DNA of 64,000 bases from Bacillota bacterium (GTDB lineage: Bacteria; Bacillota; Sulfobacillia; JAJYWN01). Below, piece by piece: positions 1 to 9,580 of this stretch. The translations under genes were made by a program, and so were the position numbers. Each line of letters begins with the position of its first letter. The first letter of the stretch is position 1. The notes beneath the pieces are model-generated. The model was not told the DNA's origin. It worked only from the letters and a program-made list of their open reading frames with translations, and did no database searches. The stretch spans positions 10,139 to 74,138 of the forward strand of contig JAJYWN010000064.1 in NCBI GenBank assembly GCA_021791495.1, in the 5' to 3' direction.

Positions 1-1158
1 CTCGGGAGGCTTGACGGAACGGCAGACCACTACACAGGCTTCCATCGGTGAGTTATAGAACAAATTCGGCCCCAGCCCCAGCACGCACTCGATCAGGTCG
101 GTCTCGATTAACTTGCGCCGCATCTCCGCCTCCTCCTGCCGGAAGAGAACGCCGTGGGGAAAGAGGATGGCGCAACGGCCAGTCTCCAGGTCCATGCTGG
201 ACAGAATGTGCTGCCAGAAGGCGTAATCCGCCCGCCCCTGTGGGGGCGTGCCAAGGAAGTTGCGCCCCCAGGGGTCCGCGGTAAACTTGGCCCGGTCCCA
301 CTGCTTGATTGAGTATGGCGGATTGGCCAGGACCACGTCGAACTGCATCAGCCGGTCTCCCTGGACAAACTTCGGTTCCGCAAGCGTATCGCCCCGGACG
401 ACCTGAAAGTCCTCGATGCCGTGCAGGAAGAAGTTCATCCGGGCGATGGAGGAGGTCATCAGGTTCCGCTCTTGCCCATAGAGCCGAACGTTCCGCCACT
501 CCTTACCCTGCCGACGCAACTGGGCAATCGAAGAGAGTAGCATGCCGCCGGAGCCGCAGGTCGGGTCGTAGATTGATTCCCCCGGCTCAGGCTGGAGTAT
601 CTCCGTCATCAGGTGGACAACAGTCCGGTTGGTATAGAACTCTGCCGCCGTGTGTCCCGAGTCATCGGCAAACTTCTTGATAAGAAACTCATAGCCGGCG
701 CCCAGTTCATCTTCCGGCAGGCTTGCTACGGAGAGATTGTACATGCTGAAGTGCTCGATCAGATCACGAAGCAGGGCGTCCGGCAGGCGGTCCTTGTTCG
801 TCCACTGTGCGTCCCCGAAAATGCCATACAGCTTCTCCTGGTTTGCCGTCTCGATGGCGCGCATGGCCGACTGAATCGCCTGGCCTACATTCGTAGCCAC
901 TTGCCGCACCTCGCGCCAGTGTGCCGGCGCCGGCACCTGGAAACGGTGGTTCTCTGGATAGGCCGCAAAATCGCAGTCGCCGCCGGATTCCGTCAGGGCC
1001 AACTCCGTCTCCTCGTCAAACACGTCGCAGAGGCGCTTGTAGAAAAGCAGTGGGAAGATAAACTGCTTGTAGTCGCCAGCGTCGATGGTGCCGCGCAGGA
1101 GGACGGCCGCTCCCCACAGGTAGGATTCAAGCTGCTGTTGCGTGATGCGCTGGTTCAC
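1..1158 (-). CDS. hsdM: Type I restriction-modification methyltransferase subunit HsdM (partial, C-terminus lies beyond the window start)
   Basis: The minus-strand frame is open from the GTG at 1158 to position 1. Translation gives VNQRITQQQLESYLWGAAVLLRGTIDAGDYK at the N-terminus and FDVVLANPPYS (N6-adenine MTase motif IV). It is paralogous to the adjacent 1155..2720 ORF, and its GTG overlaps that gene's stop (GTGA). Confidence 0.75.
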   Translation of the reverse strand, partial: MNQRITQQQLESYLWGAAVLLRGTIDAGDYKQFIFPLLFYKRLCDVFDEETELALTESGGDCDFAAYPENHRFQVPAPAHWREVRQVATNVGQAIQSAMRAIETANQEKLYGIFGDAQWTNKDRLPDALLRDLIEHFSMYNLSVASLPEDELGAGYEFLIKKFADDSGHTAAEFYTNRTVVHLMTEILQPEPGESIYDPTCGSGGMLLSSIAQLRRQGKEWRNVRLYGQERNLMTSSIARMNFFLHGIEDFQVVRGDTLAEPKFVQGDRLMQFDVVLANPPYSIKQWDRAKFTADPWGRNFLGTPPQGRADYAFWQHILSSMDLETGRCAILFPHGVLFRQEEAEMRRKLIETDLIECVLGLGPNLFYNSPMEACVVVCRSVKPPE

Positions 1159-2720
1159 TGAACCAGTCCCTCCCGCTTCAGGATGGCAATCAGCTTCACT
1201 TCTGCCGCAAATGCTGACTCGGCAGACGCTTGCAGCCGCCGCATGGCTTCATCTACAGGCACTATCTCGGTCTCATTCTGCGGCTCCACATAGCGCGGGA
1301 TGTTCAGGTTATAGTCGCTATCGGCAATCTCGGCCAGTGTCACAACCCTGGCTGTTCCGTCCACCTTGGCAAAGTCGCGGTACCAGCCGTAGATCCGCTC
1401 CACATGCTCCGGCAGGAGTTCGTTCTGGGCCCGGCCAGCTTTGAACTCCCGGGAAGCATCAACGATCAGGACCTTCTTTTTCCGGTCCGGCTGCTTCCTC
1501 TGCCTGAAGACACAGATGCAGGCGGCCAGTCCGGTGCCGTAAAACAGATTCGGCCCCAGCCCTATTACCGCTTCAAGCAGGTCCATTTCCAGCAGCTTCT
1601 TTCGGATGGTGCCTTCCTGCCCCATCCGGAAGAGAGCACCGTGGGGCAGGACCACTGCCATGCGGCCGGTGGCCGGAGCCATCGACCTGATCATGTGCTG
1701 GACCCAGGCATAATCGCCGGTTCTGGCTGGCGGCATCCCGGCGAAATTTCGGCCGTAAGGATCGCTGGCCCAGATCTCGTCACCCCACTTCTCCAGGGAG
1801 AACGGCGGATTGGCAATGACGCAATCGAAGGCCGCCAGGTTGTCGCCAGAGTAGAACGCCGGATGGCGTAGGGTATCATCTCGCACGATCTGGAAATCCG
1901 CGGCGTTGTGGAGAAAGAGGTTCATCCTGGCAATAGCGGCAGTAGTCAGGTTCTTCTCCTGGCCGTACAGCTTGCCCCAGAGGGTCCGATCGTCGCCGAG
2001 ATTCTGACGGACATGGTGGACTGCTTCCAGCAACATGCCACCGGTTCCGCAGGCCGGGTCGTATATCGACTCGCCTTCCTGTGGGTCTAGGATGTCAACC
2101 ATCAGCCGAACGACAGGTCGCGGCGTGTAGAACTCGCCGGCCTTTCTGTTGGTCAGATCGGCGAACTTCTTGATCAGGTACTCGTATGACTGGCCAAGGA
2201 TGTCGGCCTCCGCCGACTGATTCCCAAGGCTCATTTTGGAGAAGTGCTCCACCAAGTCGCGGAGCAGCGAATCGGGGAGCCGCTCCTTGTTTGTCCAGGC
2301 CGCATCACCAAAGATGCCGTAGAGCGTGTCCGGGTTCGCCTTCTCAATGTTCCGCATTGCCGTGTGCAGCGCCTGACCCACGTTCGCCGCGACGCTACGA
2401 ACGTCGTTCCAGTGAGATCCCGGCGGGATTTGGAAGCGGAAGTTCTGCGGGAACTGGGCGTACTCCTCATCGCCCCCCGATTCTGCCAGCGCAGCGGCGT
2501 ATTCCTCATCGTAGACGTCCGATATTCGCTTGAAGAAGAGAAGCGGGAAGACGTAGGTCTTAAAGTCAGCCGCGTCCACCGGGCCGCGCAGGATGTTGGC
2601 TGCCTCCCAGAGGTGAGATTGAAGCTGGCTAAGCGTGGTTCCGTAGACGGCCAAGCGGCAATCACTCCCCGCACTTCGGCTAATAACGTAAATGTCACGT
2701 GGGCTCACCCCGGTGACCAC
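1155..2720 (-). CDS. hsdM: Type I restriction-modification methyltransferase subunit HsdM (N6-adenine DNA methyltransferase)
   Basis: A 521-aa ORF with the HsdM N-terminal domain (LSQLQSHLWEAANILRG), the FDCVIANPPFS motif, and an AdoMet-binding region (DPACGTGGML). Confidence 0.85.
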   Translation of the reverse strand: MVTGVSPRDIYVISRSAGSDCRLAVYGTTLSQLQSHLWEAANILRGPVDAADFKTYVFPLLFFKRISDVYDEEYAAALAESGGDEEYAQFPQNFRFQIPPGSHWNDVRSVAANVGQALHTAMRNIEKANPDTLYGIFGDAAWTNKERLPDSLLRDLVEHFSKMSLGNQSAEADILGQSYEYLIKKFADLTNRKAGEFYTPRPVVRLMVDILDPQEGESIYDPACGTGGMLLEAVHHVRQNLGDDRTLWGKLYGQEKNLTTAAIARMNLFLHNAADFQIVRDDTLRHPAFYSGDNLAAFDCVIANPPFSLEKWGDEIWASDPYGRNFAGMPPARTGDYAWVQHMIRSMAPATGRMAVVLPHGALFRMGQEGTIRKKLLEMDLLEAVIGLGPNLFYGTGLAACICVFRQRKQPDRKKKVLIVDASREFKAGRAQNELLPEHVERIYGWYRDFAKVDGTARVVTLAEIADSDYNLNIPRYVEPQNETEIVPVDEAMRRLQASAESAFAAEVKLIAILKREGLVQ

Positions 2721-3223
2721 CCATGAACAAATCTGTTTCCATGCCGATTAATCACTTTCCTGGTAATTCGTGAGTTCTGCCAGGCTATCTCCAGCCTTTC
2801 TGTCCAGTGTCGTCGCCTGGGACCAGAAGACGAACACGGCGTCGCCATCCCAGGCAGCAACCCGTCTCTTCGGCGTGGCCACTTGTGAGCGAAGGGAAGC
2901 GCTCCGTTTCCCCTTTTTCGTGGCCGCCAAATCCGGACAAGTATTGGTCCCACAACACCGGTCGTTTCCGTCCCGGCCACTGGGGCGGTTTCCCACGCTC
3001 TGTCGCAATTCCGTGAGCGACGTGGCACCAGATTTCAGGTCTTGGGGGTGATTCACAGATGAGGGTGATTCAGCGGCTGCAGGACTTGAACTACCTGCGT
3101 TCCGCAAACGTGCTAGACGCCGCAGTTCTCTCACAAGCGGAGAAACAGTAGGCGTCACTGTTTGGCATACTCGGCGGTGGCAGATCCGAAGAGACGTTTG
3201 ACCTGAGAGACCATGGCTTCATC

Positions 3224-3460
3224 GTGCTGCTGGAGAAAGGCGACAACATTCGGAACCTGTCCATCGTCGGACTCGGCCCGGCCGTCGGTGGCCTCTTCGG
3301 GTGCCACCCGGAATACGTCGAAGTCGTCCACCTGGGACAGACGGCGGTCTACAAGATGGTCAGCGTCTATAGCAACGACGCTGTCATGTACTTCCTCCTT
3401 GCCGCCGGTGACTTCGACCGGGAGGTGGAGGACTGGCTAGTGCAACACGTTGGCCGCTAG
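3224..3460 (+). CDS. hypothetical small protein (78 aa)
   Basis: ORF directly upstream of the radC-like gene. No recognizable motifs. Confidence 0.25.
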   Translation: MLLEKGDNIRNLSIVGLGPAVGGLFGCHPEYVEVVHLGQTAVYKMVSVYSNDAVMYFLLAAGDFDREVEDWLVQHVGR

Positions 3461-3501
3461 CCGCTTCGTGAGCAGGACCTAATATCTCGGAACTCTACAC
3501 A

Positions 3502-4008
3502 ATGGAGAAGGAGGTGGCGCGGCAGCCCCAACGGGCTGCCGCTTTTGTCATGCCTGAGAAGGAATCGAGAAAGAGGGTCGACCTGGTCCGCCTGAAGATG
3601 GTGCGGGAGTCGTCGACGCTCTACGAGCCGCGCCGGATCGAGTCGCCGAAGGCGGCGGCGGACCTCTTCCGCCAGTTCATCGGCGACGCCGACCGGGAGC
3701 AGATGATGGTCTGCTGCCTGGACGTCAGGAACCAACCGACGTGCCTACATGTGACCAGCATTGGCACGCTGGCCGCCGCTGCGGTCCACCCGCGCGAAGT
3801 ATTCAAGACAGCGGTCCTAGCCAACGCGGCCAGCATCATCGTCGGCCACAACCACCCCAGCGGGGACTGCGCCCCGAGCCGGGAGGACATCGAGGTGACC
3901 AGCCGGCTCCGTGAAGCCGGGCGTGTCCTCGGGATCGAGGTCTTGGATCACGTCATCGTCGGTGGAGCAGCGCACGTGAGCCTGCGCGAGCAGGGAATTG
4001 TGGCCTAG
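3502..4008 (+). CDS. RadC-like JAB/MPN domain protein (DUF2466 family; typical of mobile-element or anti-restriction regions)
   Basis: The C-terminal domain carries the conserved HNHPSG motif and the ED..TSRL pattern characteristic of RadC-like JAB proteins. Confidence 0.8.
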   Translation: MEKEVARQPQRAAAFVMPEKESRKRVDLVRLKMVRESSTLYEPRRIESPKAAADLFRQFIGDADREQMMVCCLDVRNQPTCLHVTSIGTLAAAAVHPREVFKTAVLANAASIIVGHNHPSGDCAPSREDIEVTSRLREAGRVLGIEVLDHVIVGGAAHVSLREQGIVA

Positions 4009-4048
4009 CCTCTTCACCGCAATCATCGCTTCGAAAGGGGGGACCACC

Positions 4049-4123
4049 GTGGACCCGCTCTTGCTGTTGGAGATCGCAGTCGCGATCCTACTCGTTGTGC
4101 TGAAGCATGAGGACAAAAAGTAG
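4049..4123 (+). CDS. putative 24-aa hydrophobic peptide (small membrane peptide, type I toxin-like)
   Basis: A GTG start preceded by AAGGGGGG at SD-like spacing. The translation MDPLLLLEIAVAILLVVLKHEDKK is a single TM helix with a KK tail. It was not in the ORF track because it is under 60 aa. Confidence 0.3.
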   Translation: MDPLLLLEIAVAILLVVLKHEDKK

Positions 4124-4249
4124 AAATGACGGCGAACTCGCCGAGTCACTCCGCATGGTTGCAAGCTTGTATCGTTTGTACTCCACTATTGCGGGCTGGA
4201 TCGGAGTAGTGTCGCAGCAGTATTAAAGCAACTACGTCCAGAGGCGGAG

Positions 4250-4627
4250 GTGAGTGTTCTGGACAGTGATAGCAGACCTGCGCCGATACGTTGTGAGAGG
4301 CGCGGTGGCTTTGAGATCCGCATTCTTGCCGAGGAGCACTTGCCCCTCACGGCAGCCGACCGCCTGGCAATCGGGGTTGAGCCGTTCCTCAAGCACGGCG
4401 CATTCTTTCGAGCAACGTGGTGGGAGGGGTATGGGCAGCGGCCATCCATTGACGTAGCTGTCGTCAAGAGTGAGACGGATGCTGAGGGGCAAGGAGACGC
4501 GTGGTCTCTCTCTGGGGAGAGTCCATCTGATTTCCGCCGAGTAGTGAATGGGCTTCGGGAGAGCGGACACCGTTTCCTTTGGCGGGAGCTCGACTACGAC
4601 GACGGTCTGCTGGGAGGGCCGACCTAG
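4250..4627 (+). CDS. hypothetical protein (125 aa)
   Basis: ORF with a GGAGG-like sequence upstream. No recognizable domains. Confidence 0.35.
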   Translation: MSVLDSDSRPAPIRCERRGGFEIRILAEEHLPLTAADRLAIGVEPFLKHGAFFRATWWEGYGQRPSIDVAVVKSETDAEGQGDAWSLSGESPSDFRRVVNGLRESGHRFLWRELDYDDGLLGGPT

Positions 4628-4689
4628 CAACGCTGCCAGGTCCTCCTTTTTTTTCGTTGTGCGCCATGTTCGCTCCCACGAAGACGCCG

Positions 4690-6140
4690 GGAACCCCAGA
4701 ATCGTCGAAACGCCGGGCCTCGCCAGCCGCCCGGCCCGGAAGACCCCCCAGGGCGTAGCTCGGGAGCCTGCTGCTCGCTTGCGAGCCCACTTGCGGCCCT
4801 GGACCGGCAGTGAAGCGTTTGGGCTCGCGCGTGCTTTCGGCCCGCCCTTGTGAGCCGTTCCCGTCCACTCGCCGCCGCCGGGCGCCCGGCCGGCTAGGCA
4901 TGCCAGAAACTCCGCCCTTCTTGTCGCACTCGCTCGCGAGTCGGCGCTTGTTCCCTACTTCACAAGGGCGGGTTTCAACAACTCCATGTGCGATATGGAA
5001 ACGCGACGGCTAGCCGGTGGGCGCAGAAGCGTCACCTTTCCGGTCTTGCCGCGCCTCGGGCCCCGAGCCCCCGTTGGACGCCGCTCCGGGGCCCCCGGCG
5101 ATCCCCGTCCGGATTTACGCCCCTTCCGGCTCGACCGGGGGTGCAGGCCGTCGGTGGCGGCTTGCCTGCCGGCCTGCCCGGCTATCGCCGCCGACGGGTG
5201 GTCCGCTGCCCGAGAAGCCGGAGGGCAGGCGGAGGGCCCCTGCGGCCGCGCGCCCCGGCAAGCCGTGGAGATCGACGCTCCGCGGCTCCCTGGTTGGCTA
5301 GGGCGTCGGCCAGTAACTTGGTAGGGAGTTTGGCCAAAGGCCGTCTCGGTCGTCCTGGGGCTGAACCCGTAATCGCCGCTCCCCGCCGGGCCATCCGGCC
5401 CGAGCGCCACCAGGGCGTCGCTCAAACGCCTGCCCCCGCTCGGGGGCCCGCCTTTCGGCCTTGGACCGATAGTTGCGCCCTTTGGGCTCGCGCCAGCTTG
5501 CGGGCGCTCGCGGGAGCCGTCTTTGCTTGATCGCCGCCGCGGGGCGTCCAGCCAGCCAGGCAAGCCAGGAACTCCGCCCTCCACCGTCACTCATGCTTGC
5601 AGGCCGACAATTCTTCCAGATTCCACGATGGCAGGAGCTAACAAATATATGTAGGGCATCAAAACGCGACAACTGCCCGACGGGCGCAGAAGCGCCGCCG
5701 TTGCGGTGTTGCCGCCCCTTCGAGCCTCGAGCACCCGTCCGACGCCGCTGCGGGGCCCTGGGCAATCACCGTCCGGATCTACGCCCCTTCCGGCTCGACC
5801 GGCAGGGCCGGCCGTCGATGGCGGCTTACCTCCGGGCCTGCCCGGTTACTGCCGCCGACCGGCGGTCCGCGGTGGGGGAGGCGGGAGAATGGGCGGAAGG
5901 CGCCCGCGCCCTCGCGCCCCGGCAAGCCGTGGAGATCGACGCTCTCACGGACCCATGCCAGGTCTGGGCGTGGCTTTGACACGGGGTAAGGGTTCCGCAG
6001 TTGCGGCCAGGCACAGAGCACTGGTCAGCCGACCTGCATGCCGTCCATTCCAGATGAGGATCACCCAACTCGCCGCCAGAAGCACCGAAAGCCATCGCAC
6101 CGCCCCAGTGCTCGTTGTTCAACCAGGAAACCCGAGGAGG
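4690..6140. repeat. tandem array of about 2.3 diverged ~664-bp repeat units (partial unit ~4690-4815, unit A ~4816-5479, unit B ~5480-6140)
   Basis: Direct sequence comparison gives a consistent 663-664 bp offset. TTTGGGCTCG is at 4818 and 5481, AAACGCGAC at 4999 and 5662, and GATCGACGCTC at 5270 and 5934. Identity is about 80-85% over ~300-bp cores. The region is GC-rich and every reading frame is Arg/Pro-rich. Confidence 0.8.
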
Positions 6141-6227
6141 TGGTGGCCCTATGAGCGGATAACGCGGCTCCCGCCGCCGTGAACCCCGACTCAACATAAA
6201 ACCACACCATAGAGGAGGCTGAACATC

Positions 6228-6776
6228 GTGGATAAGAGACCGATCCCAAAGCCTGGCCCAAAGGGCCTCGCTGTTCCCATCGTGAGGCGAACCGTCAGCT
6301 ATCCGAAGGAGGACGCAACGGCGACAGCCGCACCCGACGCTTTCGGGCTAGCCGAGTTCGCCCAAGAGTGGCGCGAGACCGACGCTATGGCGGATTTCTC
6401 CCGAATTCCCAACGGCGTCTACGCCGTGGAGGTCAGGCGGGTGGGTCTCCGCCGCAAGGAGCCCGATGTCTACCTGGACTGGGTCCTGCAGGTCGTGGAA
6501 GGCGACCACGCCGGGAGGCAGGTTCGGAAGTCCCTGCCCTTCCGGTTGGGCAAGACCATCCGGTACCTCAAACACGACCTCTCGACGGTGGGGCTGGGCG
6601 ACGTCGAACTGCAAGAGCTGCCGCCTAGGCTGCAGGAAGCGCGCGGCCGGTTGGTCGAGGTCCGCGTGAGTGGCCAGGAAAACCTGCCGGACGTCTGGTT
6701 CGCCCGAGGGCTGTCGGAGGAAGCCGGGGACAACGGCCCTGTGGACGAAAGCCCTGATGATCGAGGGACCCTATGA
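6228..6776 (+). CDS. hypothetical protein, paralog family 1 of 2 (shares the DLS.VGLG.VELQ.LP motif with 8781..9224)
   Basis: GTG start with AGAGGAGG 8 nt upstream. Its stop overlaps the start of the next gene (ATGA). Confidence 0.55.
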   Translation: MDKRPIPKPGPKGLAVPIVRRTVSYPKEDATATAAPDAFGLAEFAQEWRETDAMADFSRIPNGVYAVEVRRVGLRRKEPDVYLDWVLQVVEGDHAGRQVRKSLPFRLGKTIRYLKHDLSTVGLGDVELQELPPRLQEARGRLVEVRVSGQENLPDVWFARGLSEEAGDNGPVDESPDDRGTL

Positions 6777-8332
6777 AGAAGTCGAGAGTCCAGACTGGCG
6801 GGGGGCCGGGGCGCCCCCCCGCCCCTCCACCCGGCGGTGCGCGTCCCACAATCGACACGGGGCACAGAAACCTGGCGGAGATGACGGCGGCGGCGTGGGA
6901 GGCCATGCGCCTGGCGAACGGGGACGAACCTAAGTACTTCGCCTCCGGCTCGCAGGTGGTCATGCTTGTTGACCGAGGCCAGCAGTTGCCGACGGTCTTG
7001 GCCCTGGATTTCTATTCCCTTCGCCGGGAACTCGCGACCTGTACCGACTGGATGCGCTTTGACGGGGACGGACACCCCTGGGACGAGTTTCCCGTCAAAG
7101 CCTGCGTCGAGACGATGTTGTCTTACCCCAATCCACCCCTCCCCGCACTCAACCGGGTGGTCGGAGTCCCGGTCCTGAGGCCGGACGGGACGCTACTAGA
7201 CCGCGCCGGGTACGATGCGGTTTCGGGGCTGTACCTCTACCCGACCTGCGACGTCGTTCTGCCAGACGGCCAACTGGGACCCGACGACATAGCCGCGGCG
7301 CTGGCCGTGATCGACGCCCTCCTGTGCGACTTCCCCTTCGTCGGGAGCGCGGACAGGGCGTTGGCGTTCGCGACCCTGCTGGAACCGTTCGTCCGGGAGA
7401 CGTTCGAGGGGCCAACGCCCCTCAGGTGCGTCGACGCGGTTTCCGGACAGGGAACCGGGAAGGACCTCTTGGCGACGACGCTAATGTACCCGTTCGCCGG
7501 CCGCGAGGAGTCGGCCCTGACCGAAGGGAGCACCGACGACGAGTGGCGGAAGAGGCTGACGGCGGCGTTGCTTCGGAAGCCCACCTTCATCTACATAAGC
7601 AACGTGCAGCGCACCCTGGACTCGGCGGCTCTGGCCGCCGCCCTGACGACCACCAACTGGGAGGACCGCATCCTGGGCCAGAGCCGGACCGTCGTCCTCC
7701 CGAACCGGAGCACTTGGATCGCGACTGGGAACGGAATCACCACTTCGCGGGAACTCCGTCGGAGGGTCCTCAAGATCGTCCTGGACGCGAGGCAGGAGTG
7801 CCCGTGGTTGCGCACGGGCTTCCGCCACAACCTGGTCGAGTGGCGCCAGGAGCACCGAGGCGAGATCGTCGGGGCAGCGCTGACCCTCGCCACCGCCTGG
7901 GTCCAGAGGGGGCGACCCCTGGGCACTGCGGTTCTCGGTTCCTACGAACGGTGGGCTGCGACCATGGGGGGAATCCTGGACGCCGCCGGCGTCCCAGGAT
8001 TCCTGGAGAACCTGGGGGGCGCCCAGGAGTCGTTCGATGAAGAGACCAGGCAGCTTCTGGATTTCCTCCGTGCCTGGTGGGCGACGTTCGGGAGCCGTGC
8101 CGTGACCGCCGGGGAACTCCGCACCGGCCTGTCCGAAGACGTGCTCCCGCTGGCCGTTTCCGACGGATTCTCCGGCGGCCAGACGATCCGCCTCGGGAAG
8201 CTGCTGGTGGGCCTAGTGGGGCGGCATCTTGGAGGCGTGCACGTCGCCTTGGCAACCCCGGACAGGTCCCGGAAACTCCAGCGTTACCGGCTGGAGACGG
8301 TGGAGACGCACCCACAGTTCCCGGAGGTGTAG
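6773..8332 (+). CDS. hypothetical 519-aa protein (mobile-element associated; degenerate P-loop-like GQGTGKD segment; possible replication/primase-helicase-like function)
   Basis: A long ORF translationally coupled to the upstream small protein. There is no confidently recognizable family. Confidence 0.5.
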   Translation: MKKSRVQTGGGPGRPPAPPPGGARPTIDTGHRNLAEMTAAAWEAMRLANGDEPKYFASGSQVVMLVDRGQQLPTVLALDFYSLRRELATCTDWMRFDGDGHPWDEFPVKACVETMLSYPNPPLPALNRVVGVPVLRPDGTLLDRAGYDAVSGLYLYPTCDVVLPDGQLGPDDIAAALAVIDALLCDFPFVGSADRALAFATLLEPFVRETFEGPTPLRCVDAVSGQGTGKDLLATTLMYPFAGREESALTEGSTDDEWRKRLTAALLRKPTFIYISNVQRTLDSAALAAALTTTNWEDRILGQSRTVVLPNRSTWIATGNGITTSRELRRRVLKIVLDARQECPWLRTGFRHNLVEWRQEHRGEIVGAALTLATAWVQRGRPLGTAVLGSYERWAATMGGILDAAGVPGFLENLGGAQESFDEETRQLLDFLRAWWATFGSRAVTAGELRTGLSEDVLPLAVSDGFSGGQTIRLGKLLVGLVGRHLGGVHVALATPDRSRKLQRYRLETVETHPQFPEV

Positions 8333-8780
8333 GCGGGGCCAATCCCCGAAACGCCCGTATCCGAAAGTGCCAGCTCAGGTGGCAGATGACGGGGGGCTCG
8401 GGAAGATCGGGTAGTTGCCGGCCCCCCGAAAATGGCCGTTCGGCTACGGAAAGGGCTGGGAAGGGTCCGGCGCCTCCCCGCTCTCCCCGAACTCCCCGGT
8501 CGAAACTACCATACGGTCGCTGATCAACCGCGCCCTTCTGGTTCGCCCCGCTCTGCCATGCTGTCGATCCTGCCCACTCCGGTCCATAGCTCCTCCGGCG
8601 CTAGCCACGGCCGGGGGGGTGTGGGCCAGCGTGGGCAGTCCATGCCATACTCCCAATCGAGGGGAGGTCAGAATGCACATGGGTACGTGACTGACGCACG
8701 CTGCCGCCCGAGCGCGCTATTGAGGTTGCGACAGCATCTCTCGCTACGTTCAAGACTACTCTGAGGAGGCTAAACAAACG

Positions 8781-9224
8781 ATGCTCAGCGATTCCATACC
8801 GAAACCAGTCGCGGTGACGGTCTTCCCCTTAGCGGGCGACCGACCAGTGTTAGTGGTTGTGGGCTTGAGGGGTCTGGTGGGCCTGGAGGCGACCGGACCC
8901 ATTCCGAGCGCCACCTACAAGGCAACAATCCGGACAATCGACCTATGCAAGGGGAAAGACGGCTATGTCCTGACCTGGGGCCTGGTAATGGCTGGTGGGG
9001 ACCTAGACGGCCGGTACTTTGAAGTGGTACGTGGTCCTTTCGAGGAAGGCGAGAGGTACGAGGATGTCCGGCTGGACCTCTCCCTGGTGGGACTCGGCGG
9101 GGTTGAGCTCCAGCAACTGCCGTGCGTTCTCGGCGTCGCCTTGGGTTACACCCTGGACATCCTCGTCTCGGGCGCGAATAACATCAAGTTCCTCTGCTCG
9201 TTGAACCAGATGCAGGTTGACTGA
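8781..9224 (+). CDS. hypothetical protein, paralog family 2 of 2 (related to 6228..6776)
   Basis: ATG with CTGAGGAGGCTAAACA upstream, similar to the leader of 6228. It has the shared C-terminal motif DLSLVGLGGVELQQLP. Confidence 0.5.
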   Translation: MLSDSIPKPVAVTVFPLAGDRPVLVVVGLRGLVGLEATGPIPSATYKATIRTIDLCKGKDGYVLTWGLVMAGGDLDGRYFEVVRGPFEEGERYEDVRLDLSLVGLGGVELQQLPCVLGVALGYTLDILVSGANNIKFLCSLNQMQVD

Positions 9225-9580
9225 CGCAGCGCAGTACTCTGGCTCCCCGATCCGGCGGGAGGGGCCGCCCCTGACCCCTTCCCCGGCGTCGGTGTCACAC
9301 GCTGCCTATGCGCGCCCTAGTCGCCCCTACGCCCCCCGGGGAAGAGCCGGCGTTTCCGGATGGCAGCGGCATTTCCGGAAGCGATGGGTTAGCCGAGCTG
9401 GGGCGATAGAGGCGGGGGCATAGGGCGCGGAAACAGGACTGTTCGCTCCCCATGGGAGCTGTGGGATGCACCATCCCAGCTAACAACGCTACCGCCCTGA
9501 GAGTTGTCCTGAGTGTCCTACGAGACCAGCCTCCAACCGCTTCGTCAATCGACTGGGACAGATATCATTCCTGTGGAGGA

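Noticed and set aside
4955-6197. Several 150-210-aa ORFs on both strands across the tandem repeat array
   Set aside because: All six frames are open and Arg/Pro/Ala-rich. The similarity between ORFs simply reflects the DNA repeat. There is no RBS or codon-usage support, so the region is treated as non-coding.
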